A stretch of 64,000 bases of DNA from Phallusia mammillata (taxonomy: Eukaryota). The stretch lies in contig OZ281499.1 in assembly GCA_965637545.1 (NCBI GenBank), positions 9,548,001-9,612,000 on the forward strand, given 5' to 3'. Position 1 is the stretch's first letter. Every line of letters begins with the position of its first letter. A program made the position numbers and the translations under genes. Shown here piece by piece: positions 1-11,200 of this stretch. The notes beneath the pieces were generated by a model, which saw only the letters and a list, made by a program, of their open reading frames with translations, made no database searches and was not told where the DNA came from.

Positions 1-1
1 G

Positions 2-232
2 CGCTTAGGCTGTGAATACGAAGTGGCGTTAGTTGCAAATGCCTACGTGGCCAGGGCTGCTGCAAAGCAAAAGGAAGATGTTTGCACGACGCGTGAAATT
101 GCATTTTGTGACTACGTGGACCCTGAAACTGGCGTGAAACCAAATCTGGAGTTACTGCCTGTTCATACACACGCAATAACGGCGTACAGAAAAGTACGCT
201 CTGCTTCATTTCGACATGCTAGTAAACTGTAA
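2..232 (+). CDS. aaNAT-like GNAT N-acyltransferase, 3' part only (5' end outside window), ends in SKL
   Basis: Open frame from base 2 (RLGCEYEVALVANAY...EIAFCDYVDPETGVKPNLELLP...ASKL*), clearly paralogous to the three complete minus-strand copies. Confidence 0.85.
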   Translation, partial: RLGCEYEVALVANAYVARAAAKQKEDVCTTREIAFCDYVDPETGVKPNLELLPVHTHAITAYRKVRSASFRHASKL

Positions 233-1274
233 TTGATTTTAGTCACATTATTTTTTAAATAACACTATCCCTTTAAACCCACTAAAACTGTATAATGTCT
301 ACCCAGGATTTGATAACCATAGCCATTTCTATTGTTGTTGCTACAATTCTGACTGCTTGTATTGGACATACTAGTAAACTGTAGTGTTGAATTTAGTGAG
401 ACTATTTGACAACCAACACGACACCTCCTGGTCTCGAAAATTTGTCTATTTTAGTATTTTTAGTTTTTTTCATCATCTTTTTAGCACTTTTCTACAAACA
501 GTGTATTCTCATTTTCGACCTCCTGCACTTAATATGCACCTCAAAAGTTAACGTTTGTGGTTGTTTGTGTTTTAACGTGATGAATCGGATTAAATATGAA
601 TTTAAATAAAGTCGTGATTCATGTACAGTTTTTAGCATAGCTTTTAGGGCCTCGTCGAGTCATAGTACCCACAATACCACAACTTCACTTTCCTGTGACC
701 CTAGTTACATAACGCCGTGCAATGACGGGGTAGCTGTAGCGCATTTAGTCCTTATTCACCAAATGTGACCTCAACATTTCGCAATCAATAACGTTTCAAC
801 GTTTTACAGCTAATTTTTGCTTGATAGTTCAAAAGTTTTCTTTCACCAAGCGATATAAACTCAATTCAATTGGTGGCGTAACAGGGTCATTATTTCAACC
901 CATTGTGCACTGTAGCGATGCTCGCTCAAATTTTACAATAACAATGGTAATACTGCAGCAGCTTTGTAAGAAACAATTTGCACCACTGTTTTAAATTTCT
1001 TTATGGAAATGAAATATTTTAGTCTTGTCCACTTTTTAACTTTGTTGAAAATTTGCGGACATAGTATTTGCAGGGGTTGCGCTCAAAATAGTAGAAGTAA
1101 AAACCTAATTATAGCTGCTATGTCATCATTTGGTAAATAGATTACAGATTTTTGCCCAAAAATGTTGCCAAATTCAGTTCAATCGTAAGGTTGCAAAGAA
1201 AATTACTTAACCTAACAAAACACAATAAACTTGATCATATAAATAAAAGTTGTCACTAAAACTTGATAAAAACG

Positions 1275-1958
1275 TTACAGTTTAGTCACAAGTTTGGGAG
1301 ATGCAGGACAAACTTTTTTGTGTATAATCATTGCGTGTGTATAATCAGGCAGCAATTGAAGATTTGGCTTCATGCCAGTTTGTGGGTCAACGTAGTCACA
1401 AAACGCAATTTCATGTGACCGATCAGGAGCATATGCCTTTGTAGTAGGTCTTTCCCAATGACGCTTTGCAATTAACGCTATTTCGTAATCACAGCCAAGG
1501 CGCTGAGCTAGTTCCTCTGTCAAGTTTCTGACAGTTCTAATCAGCCCATTTCGTTTAAATTCGTCCGCCACTGCACCACAACTGTGCATTAGCACTTTTT
1601 TGGCGTTCAACTCTGTAAAAATATCTTTTAACATCCAGTCCACGAAGCGTGAAAGCGCTGAAAGCTCTGGTGAACAATTTTCCTCGCATTTCAGTTTTGT
1701 CTGTGTTTCGTCTTTTACCAGTACACTGCATTGAAGTATGGCTACAATTTTTCCTGACATTTTGTGAAAACAACCGTATGATGTCCCGTTTTTTATCATT
1801 TGCTCTGTCTGCTCCATGTTTCTTCTTCCCATTTCCTCATCCTTTACCCGAAAGATTTTTGCAAGTGGTAGTTGCTTTGAGTAATATCGGTACACAAACT
1901 TCTTTGCTTCATCCATGTCAACCTCGGTTAAAATGCGCCAGACGAATTGTTGATCCAT
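1275..1958 (-). CDS. Intronless insect-aaNAT-like GNAT N-acyltransferase, 227 aa, ends in TKL
   Basis: Motif order matches what I recall for insect aaNATs: YYSKQLPL (cf. FFKDEPL), SYG...GKIVA, helical insert, AVADEFKRNGL (motif A-like), AFCDY (cf. FADY), terminal KKV. No database search was run. Confidence 0.8.
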   Translation of the reverse strand: MDQQFVWRILTEVDMDEAKKFVYRYYSKQLPLAKIFRVKDEEMGRRNMEQTEQMIKNGTSYGCFHKMSGKIVAILQCSVLVKDETQTKLKCEENCSPELSALSRFVDWMLKDIFTELNAKKVLMHSCGAVADEFKRNGLIRTVRNLTEELAQRLGCDYEIALIAKRHWERPTTKAYAPDRSHEIAFCDYVDPQTGMKPNLQLLPDYTHAMIIHKKVCPASPKLVTKL

Positions 1959-3194
1959 AAGTTTTTGTTTTCTGAAGTACTGACAGAAAAGCTCAGCCAG
2001 ACTAAAGTACCGAAGTTTTAAAGTGAAGAAGCCTTGTTTTTTGCCGACTCTAGTGCTATTCAGAATTTAGTTTCTGCATGAGACAATTACAAATAGAGTG
2101 AGCTTTATTTCAATTTTTGACGCGAAGTAATCTCAAAAATATGCTATAAACTTACTTATTCTATCTCCTCACAACTTTATGGTTTATACACAACATTTCT
2201 TCTAGATTTTAGGTAAGCAAATAAACAACCAATCATCAGCTTTCTGGTGTGATGAGTGTTAAATTGAGGCCAGGTATTGCGTACCTTTAGCGATAACCTC
2301 TAAATCGAACAGTAACAACGTTCTGGATTCTTTATACCCCAATGTTACTCCTAGTTTTGTACCATGTAGACCTTTAATTACAATAAATGCTTTTTAACGA
2401 GCCCCGACTTTGCCTGAAACTGGCAATAAACTTTTATTCAGTTCGACCATTCTTTGCTGTTAGTCTATTTTCCGACCTCCAGTACTTTCACCTCTTTTAG
2501 CCCTGTTTTTCATGTGTTTTATACCCAGGTGCCATTTTTTTCTTCTTGAGACGGTATAACAATTGAAGTTAGAAAGCAGACACAAAACCTCGGTTATTAA
2601 TCAAACACTGTACAAACATCTGCGATCTTCAATCCAAATGTTGCTGCTATTATCAATTTTTCATTCTTTTAGATTATCTTAAATTATTATCCGCTTTATT
2701 GTTGTAAAAAATAACTTCCAACCATTCTTTCTGTCCTTCTAGCCACAACAGGAGACTGGGTAAGCTCATAAGCCTATGATTTTGTTTGTTGTTCTCCACT
2801 CGACAGCGGGGAACGTTAATTTGTCAACCACACACGCGCCATATAGTCGTTCGAGCGTGCAAAGTGCGGACGAAGCTAAAAAGCAAAATACGTTTACTTT
2901 GCCAATTCAAGCGCGACTGTTATAACTGTTCTGTGGTTATCCATCCCTGAACTAAAGTGACAGCACTGTACAGTACCTTCTTCTACAGAAGAGTATGGCA
3001 CCTTACCATAAGCGTACCTTACCACCGTACTGGTATGTCAATTGTTTTTAATAGTTATTTCAAGATAGTTTGCATTTGCTGAGCTGAGTTGAGTCCATTG
3101 GTAAAAAACGCATGCAACAGCAACGAGTGCCAAAACAAAAGTTTGGACAGTTAAATATTGTTTAAATTGAAACCAAGATTTGTTTTATAACCAG

Positions 3195-3875
3195 CTACAG
3201 TTTACTGGAATGGTTAGATGAAGCATACACTTTGTCGTAAATGATCTTCGCGTGTGCGTGAACAGGCAGTAACTGCAGATTGGGTTTCACGCCAGTTTCC
3301 GGATCCACGTAGTCGCAAAACGCGATAATACGCGTCGATAGAGATTGTTCATGTTTAGCAACAGCTTCGGCCCAGTGGGCGTTTGCGACCAATGCTATTT
3401 CGTATTCACAATCTAAGCGCTGAGCTAATTCTCTTGAAAATTTTCCTGCTTCTTTTGACACTCTTTTTCGTTTAAATTTGTCCGCCACAGCAATACAGCT
3501 AAGCATTAACACTTTCTGAGCGTTTAACTCTTTGCAAATGTCTTTGAGCATCCAGTCCACAAAACGCGAAAATGATTTAAGCTCTGGTGAACAATTTTCT
3601 TCGCTTTTTAGTTTTTTCTGTGGTTCATCTTTTACCAGTATACTGGTTTGAAGTATTGCAGCGAGTTTGTTAGAAGGCTTGTGAAAACAACCAAATGAGG
3701 TTCCGTTTTTGACCATCTTCTCCGTCTGTTCCAAGTTCCTTCTTCCTATTTCCTCATCTTTTACCCGAAAGATTTTAGCAAGTGGGAGTTGCTTTGAGTA
3801 ATATTTATACACAAAGCGTTTGGCTTCATCCATGTCACTTTCAGTTAGAATCCGCCAAAAAAATTGACCCTCCAT
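3195..3875 (-). CDS. Intronless aaNAT-like GNAT N-acyltransferase, 226 aa, ends in SKL
   Basis: Paralog of 1275..1958. ATG at 3875 (MEGQFFWRIL) aligns with the paralog starts; the ORF-track TTG start at 3914 is upstream of the homologous region. Confidence 0.85.
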   Translation of the reverse strand: MEGQFFWRILTESDMDEAKRFVYKYYSKQLPLAKIFRVKDEEIGRRNLEQTEKMVKNGTSFGCFHKPSNKLAAILQTSILVKDEPQKKLKSEENCSPELKSFSRFVDWMLKDICKELNAQKVLMLSCIAVADKFKRKRVSKEAGKFSRELAQRLDCEYEIALVANAHWAEAVAKHEQSLSTRIIAFCDYVDPETGVKPNLQLLPVHAHAKIIYDKVYASSNHSSKL

Positions 3876-4914
3876 GGATTTGCCTTTCAGAGACAAAGCT
3901 GCTGACAACTGCAATTAGAATATCCTGTAATACTCGATAGCCTCTACTGATGAATGGTTTGTTTACTTTAGCCCAAAAGATGTTCAGACCTGTACCCTAG
4001 TGTAAACTTTAACAGTTCTGCAAAAAAAAAGTGAACTTATTCTGTGAGAAAAAAATGTTTTCTGTTATGTACGCTGCTGTCTAAATTTAGTCAATGCACG
4101 CGAAAAACATCGTGACTGCTGTTGCGTAACAATTCTGGCACTAAAATTATATCAAAGCAAAGTGACACTATGGCAAGATATATGTCTTGCCGGTTCTGCA
4201 ACATTACATTTGGACAAATACATTATATTGACTTGCAACATTACTTGCTCAAAAGACGATCACTTTATTCCCAAGTCAACAAATGCCAGAATGATTTTAA
4301 AATCGCTTCCAGACTAACACAATGGCAAAGTTATTGAGTTTTATCTTATACAAAACAACAACAACAACAACAATACTAATAAGCAGTCAAAAAACTTTGA
4401 CCTTCAACTTAATTTCGTTGGTTCTTGATCATAGTCTTATAGTCAGTCAACTTTTGTTGCCTGATGTGAATGATAAATCAAGTGTTATCTCAATTACTTT
4501 TAATCCGTGGGTAATAACTTTTTTTACTACACTTTTGTACTGTTGCAAGTGCATGCTAAACTTGAAAGGTAATACTTAACCCCAGTATAGCCTTTTTTCT
4601 GGCAGTCTTGCAAATAACTGTTTAACCTGCCTACGGAAACCATCTGCTGCTTCAGAACTCAAAGCCCGTGTCAAAAACAATTTCGCAAACATACAATCAA
4701 GCACAGTACTTGACGCAACGAAAAGCCGCCAATAAATTTGCAAAACTGCCCAAAATGATTTTTCATGTCTACTGCATGGGTTCCCAAAACGACAAAACTC
4801 GCTGAAACCGAGTTTATGATTTATGGTGAGTTATGGCGTCACTTTGCGCAAGCGTGTTTTGGGACGTAGATCACTTGCATGTTGTCAATAACACTTTTAC
4901 AAACAGTGTAGTCA

Positions 4915-5368
4915 GTCGGTGCTCGGCAATTTTGCCGAAAAAATTCGGCCGAATCAACCGAATCAACCGAATCATTCATTACGTCACGTAAAGTCGTACG
5001 CGACGAGTTTGAAATGAAAACAAAAGTTTATCTACCAGGCAATTAGTGCAGATAGTTGTGTTTTGTCCTTATTTGAATTCTGTGGGGTTTAACATTGCTC
5101 ATGCATAGTTGCCAAGCTGTCAATGAAAAAATATGCAAGATTTTTGGTTTACAGTGGGAAAAGCAATAAAGTATTAAAAATTATAATAATCGACGCGATT
5201 TTAGTTAAAATGTAGTTTAATAGATTGCGTGGTACCTTATTAAGTAAAAAAGACACGTTTCACGCTTAAAATTTGTGTTCGTAGAAAATTCGGTTTCGGC
5301 CGAATCTTTGCAAAAGTGGCTGATTCTGCCAAATAAATTCGGCAAACCGAATATTCGGTAAATCTCTA
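4915..5368. repeat. Degenerate element with clustered palindromic CCGAA/TTCGG motifs, possibly an old hAT-type MITE
   Basis: Both ends carry repeated TTCGGCCGAA, CCGAATC and CCGAATATTCGG motifs; right end reads TAGAGATTTACCGAAT on minus. No clean TIR pair or TSD found. Confidence 0.4.
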
Positions 5369-5798
5369 GTTTAAAGCAGAAGTGCATGGGAGATTTACGT
5401 TCAAACCAGTGGAAGATAAACTGTAGGTGATGTAGTTGAAGATGCTAATAAAGCACCAACAAGTAAATAATTTGCACAGGCAGTCTTTTTCTATGATACT
5501 GTATCCAAAACCTAACTAAGCTTAAAAAAAATTATGAAACGCTTTTTGGTAACATGATATAATTAATGAGTACACGAAGTCGTGTGTAGCAGATAACGAA
5601 ATATATTAACAACTGACAATATTTGTGAGCACAGGATGTACATTAATTTGTTGTGTACAGACGTACATACTGTAGATGTAAACTATGTGTATAAATAAAA
5701 ACAGAACAAACTGTTATAGTCTGAAGGCATGAAGAAAGATGTTTTAGATTTTCACCCCAAAAGGCTTCAGGTCCAATAAATATTATTCTCCTAAAACA

Positions 5799-6482
5799 CT
5801 ACAATCTTGTCGAAAGTTCAGGAAATACAGGACGCACTTTTTTGTACGTAATCTTGGCGTGTTTATAAACAGGCAGTAACTCCAGATTTGGTTTCATGCC
5901 AGTGTCCGGGTCCACATAGTCGCAAAACGCGATTTCACGAGTGAAACTAACAGGTTCTTCTTCCTTCATAAAAACCCTGGCCGTGTGGGCGTTTGCCATC
6001 AATGCTATTTCGTAATCACAATCGAAGCGTTGGGCACATTCCCTCACCAAACTTTCTGCCTTGTCAAGCAATCCATTTTTGAATTTGTCCGACACTGCAG
6101 CACAACTATGCAGCAATAATTTCGTAGCCCCCAACTCTGTGAAAATGTCCTTGAACATCCATTCCATAAAACGCAAAAGTGCTGAAAGTTCTGGTGAGCA
6201 ATTTTCATCGGTGCTTAGTTTTGCCTGTGGTGCATCTTTTACCAACACACTGCTTTGAATTATGGCCACAAGTTTATTTGAAACTTTATGGAAACACCCG
6301 TATGATGTCCCGTTTTTGACCAACTGTGCCGTCTGTTCTATGTTTCTTCTGCCTATTTCCTCATGCTTTACCTCAAAGATTTTTGCAAGTGAAAGCTGCT
6401 TTGAGTCATATTCATACACGAAGCGTTTGGCTTCCTCTAAATCATTTTCAATCAAAATGCGCCACCCATATAGCTCCTCCAT
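5799..6482 (-). CDS. Intronless aaNAT-like GNAT N-acyltransferase, 227 aa, ends in TRL
   Basis: Full-length paralog (WRIL, KQLSL, NGTSYGCFHK, ENCSPEL, EIAFCDYVDP, KPNLELLP). Confidence 0.85.
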   Translation of the reverse strand: MEELYGWRILIENDLEEAKRFVYEYDSKQLSLAKIFEVKHEEIGRRNIEQTAQLVKNGTSYGCFHKVSNKLVAIIQSSVLVKDAPQAKLSTDENCSPELSALLRFMEWMFKDIFTELGATKLLLHSCAAVSDKFKNGLLDKAESLVRECAQRFDCDYEIALMANAHTARVFMKEEEPVSFTREIAFCDYVDPDTGMKPNLELLPVYKHAKITYKKVRPVFPELSTRL

Positions 6483-8267
6483 TTAAACAGATATCAGGCC
6501 AAAAATACAGACAAACAATTCCAACGGTGGCACGGATATACTTCGATATAAGTTCAGTCAGAGGCAGGTTCCATTACTAAAGTTTAAAATGCCATATCAA
6601 CAAAGAAATACAACAGGTTAACATAACGAGCCACCAAGCAACCACGTTTCGCTTCGGTCACCTTTCAGTTGCTGCATGCGGATAAGAACCTTCTCAAATA
6701 GCGCCATGATTGGCATTATAAGGCATATGGCGAAAACGTGATCAAATACAACGATAATACATCCACAGTCTTATTACAGGTCACCAACACCAATACAAGC
6801 TTTCTTTATTCCACTTTTAGGACTGTTGTAAGTACTAGCAATTAGTGTATAAATTAGTGCCCTAAAAAGTCAGTAAAATTCAAATGATTTTTTCTCTAAA
6901 GTTAGTTGATAAAATGTTAACAAAGTAGAGGTAAACAGAAAGACTTAGCAGTTGTGTAATTAGGCAAATACATGACAACACTACTTTTTTGCAGTTGTCG
7001 TTGGTTGTTTGATTGTAGCTTGGGGAAAAGGATGTTAGTGCTATTGTTTTGTTATTGTCGTCTATTCTACACTAGAATTAAACTTTTCTGCAGTATCACA
7101 ATAAACTGTAAAACTTGACTCGTCTATTCAACCACTCATTGACTGGTTTTTATTCAGCCGTGTCTGTTCGACTATTGTAAATCGCAACACTAATATTTTT
7201 TTACGACTGGGACGGCACTGAAACGCTAAATGGGTGTGAAAATGCTGATGGTCAGTGCCATTTAGATTCCTGTGAGCTCTTGTAATAACCTAATATACAG
7301 TTAATAACCAGTCCTAGTTTCAAAGAATGTTTACGATTTCTTCATGTTAAGAATTTGTTTTTACATTTGCTGTTTTCCATATTAAACTCTATTAATAGAT
7401 TTTGCTATCAACTTTCATCCTTCAGGATTATCTGGCCAAAATACAAAGTTGTAAAAGCGGTAGATCTTAGATTTACTTACTTTTGCATGGACCGTCTGAT
7501 ATAGAAACGCGTTTTTTGCAATACAAAACCTTGACGCACTAATGATTTCCAGTTTATTGTCGTAGCTTGATGAACTTTGCATAGTAATAATTTGCAGATC
7601 GATAGAAGTTGGGAAACGACATCGTATGATTGAGGCAACAATTAGTGTACACAAGTCAAACTTGTTGTTTTTTGTTTTCAAAGATTTCCAGAATCGCGTT
7701 ACAAACAACAAGCTAAGCACAAATTTCAGTTTTTAAAAACTTTGTAATATCCATACAAAGTAAATAGGAAAGGCTGCTTAGGTTATGTCGTAACAAAGTG
7801 TTGTGCAGTTTTGTAAACTGCCTTGAATTCATACGATTACATGTCAATGTTTGTTTTGTATGGCATCGTGCACAAATAAATGTAGTTTGTAAGTGAATTT
7901 CCTAATAGTGCTGCGGTCGAAGAACGTACAAAGTGCATACTTTTAAGTTACAAACAATTCTGGAATAGAAACAGTTCTGTAGGATCAATTCCAATGAAAT
8001 TTCAAGTTTCCATTTTAAATCCAAAATAAATACTATGTGTGGTTTATAATGCAGTGAATGATCACAACGGTTGTGTTTCAACATGTCTTCTCAATGTATG
8101 CATCTGTCAGTGATTGAGTCGACAGACGGAACAATATGTGTTCAGCTGTCGAAAGTTCGAAGCGACGCGTGCCAAGTAGTAGCACAGATATCCATATCTT
8201 GTGCACTTTTGTCTAGATTTGTAATGTTTAACATTTTGCCTTTCGAAAAAGGCCTAATAACCTTTTA

Positions 8268-11200
8268 TCAATGAGGCTTTGTTTTTGCTAAATGCGGTAA
8301 AATTTTATCCATAAAAGTTTTACCGCGGTTGATACTTCCAGTTACTTCCTTTAGCCATGCGAAGGCGTTTTCGCGAAACTGTTTCGCTTCTTCAACACGA
8401 TATTCCATAGTTAAATGCTTTACTCGTTCATACAAGTCCAATGTAACGTCTCGGCGTTCCCGAAAGTGCACCCCTGGTCTGGAAAGCGGCGGACTTAAAC
8501 CGAGTCTGGGAGCAAAGAAACTACGCTCTGTACGAGTGCTGCGCGGCACGATAAGCAATGGTGTCGTCTCACTTTGACCCACAGCAGATAACAAGTCGTC
8601 CAAATCGATTAAGACCAGCCGTCGGCGCGAATCAAATGTATTTATGTATTCCTCCCATGGAGTAAAATCGCATTGGCGAGTCTGATGTAAAAATAAATCT
8701 CGTCTCCTAGAAGACGCTGCTGATGTCCTAAAAATTGAAGAACCTGTGGGTTTCGTTGCAACATCCTCTTCTCGTCTTCTTCGTTTCAGGGCTTCTTCTT
8801 CAACAAGCTCAGGAAACTCTTCTCTTCTTGCCTCTTCCATGTTGATCACTTCATCTAGCACAAGATCCAACATCTGTCGGAGGTTGATGAGAAGATCACG
8901 ATCAGCCTCCACGATCCTCTTCAGACGACGGATGATAAGTAATTGATCCCTGAGAGAGCGTAAGAGTCGGTTTTCCTGAGTCACATTTTGGAGCACTCGA
9001 TCTCTCTCCAGGATGATTTCACGAAGACGTTTATTGTTATTGATCGGGAGGCGACTTTCTAGTTCTTCGTTGGCCTGAAAAATGATAATTAATAGGAGTT
9101 AATAAGCGAAACATGAAAGCTTACAAACGTTAGAGTACTCGTGTCACTTTTATTATTTGACCATAGTCAACTGGGTTTTTTCAGAAAAAACAAAAACCAA
9201 TTCCAGTTAATCTATAATTTTTTTCTGTGTAATTTGTTTTGTCAAACAAACTGTAATTTTCGTCCGACGAAATCAGAAAATTGCTAATTGATTACAAAAC
9301 TCGTTGCAAAAAAACGTCGTAAGCGTTTCTTCAATACTCCAATCTTAAGTTAACATTATGCTTTGTAAATCAGAAATCGGTTTCGTCGAAAATACTGACC
9401 TGGTTTGAAATTTCTTCCGCTTGTTCGGCGGCCAATCGAAGCCGTTCAATTTCTCGTCGAATTCTCCTCAGGCTCTCGGGTGCGATTTCTGGAGCGGTTG
9501 AGTTATCCTCGTGTCCAGTGTTATCTAAAGCATTATTCAGCACTCTCTGTGCACCCTCTTCCAGATTTAGTGCATTCTTTCTAGCAGCTCCCATGTCTTG
9601 CTCGTTCGAGTTTAAAAATCGGATCTAAATCATTGCAAACTAATAGTTAGAAGGCAACCAATACTTACACAAAATCGTTTGGTTATGGTGTGTACTTGCG
9701 AAGAGGTTTAAGAATAAAGAATAAAGAAAAAAAATAAAAGTTTGAATCTAATGATTCAAGTTGCCTGCAATCTTATTTAGATTGCCTGTTTATTGTGCAA
9801 AAGGATCGTTTAAGGCAGGCCAAATAAATTAGATATGAAAATGGTAGAACCGTCTTTACATAAAGCAAAACCATTTGTAATGCTTTTATGGCAATGTGTT
9901 TGCCTTTACTTTTTACCAATAGACAGCCAAATTAACCTGCACGTAATTTAACGTGAAAACTGACAGTTGACATGACCATATTCTAATCTTACATAACAAT
10001 TTGGTAACAATCATCCGTTGGGTAATTTAGGACCAATTTTTCGAGTCAAAAATTCAGTTTTTTTCGAATCGTTTGGAACAACCCATAGTTTCCTAGTGCT
10101 AGTCCACCGAATAAAAAAAAATATTTTACACCACTTACAGTTTGAATGATGTCATCAATTTCACGCGGTGCTTGATTCCGATCAATGCCGAGTTGGTTGA
10201 GAAACGATTGAAAGAGTTGACTGGCCCGAGCGTCTAGAGTTGCAATTACTTCTTGTTTTGCAGTGACCTCTCTGTTAAAAAAGTGGACCTTGTTTGAATA
10301 TGCAATAGTTGACAAATTACTAAAATTTATTTATGTCCAAAGGGTTTTAAAAAATTAGATTAAAATTAGATAAATTCTTAACTGGAGTAACAATACTTCA
10401 AATGCATTCGATCCCGAAAAAATTAAGCTTGTTTAAATGCTTAGCAACAAAACTTCGGTAGGAAATGCTTAACATAAAATCTTTGGAGTTAATCCCCGTT
10501 TAAGGCCAATTATGTCCTTGAAAATTCACCGCTCTTGAGGTACTCGTTTACAACCCACAATGACAAATCATTGATCTTAAAAATCGTAACACACCGCACT
10601 TTGTGTAGGTTGTCCGAAGGTTTTTAAAAAAGTAAAACAAAATTGACCGGGACTAAGTAGGGTTAATGAATTTGTGCCCTCGGGTATTAGCTAAAATTGG
10701 AAAAAATGCAAGTAGGTGTAACCGCAAAGATATATTTACAGTCACCGGCACTGCGGTTTTTAAACTACACAACTGTATTTTCCACCAATGAAAACTGATG
10801 CAATTATGCTCCTAAACTAAGGCAAGCCTAAGTGTTTTAACCATTTAACTGCTGAGTTTGTTGTGATAAAAAATAATGTTTAGACACGTTCTTGCTCTTT
10901 AAGCAATGATAAGTTAAAAAGATACATGTCCGTCGCAACTTGGAATTTAAATGTGTTATATGCAGCCTACGCAATCCCACGAATGAGATTTTTTGGTAAT
11001 TAAGTTCAAGTATGTAAATGGCAACAAGTTATAATGATGTACAAACATTCTTGTCTAGAAATGGCTTACAAAATTCCTCACCGCTGAGCTAACGACTCCC
11101 GGTCATGCAGTTCTTCAATCAAACCGGTCAAATCGGCTTCTAGTGATGAAAGTCGATCAATCTGGTTCATTGTCCACTGCGAAGTTGGATAACATGAGCT

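Noticed and set aside
1555-6580. Short ORFs overlapping the GNAT genes (e.g. 1649-1960, 6061-6258, 6326-6580)
   Set aside because: Antisense or out-of-frame shadows of real coding sequence.
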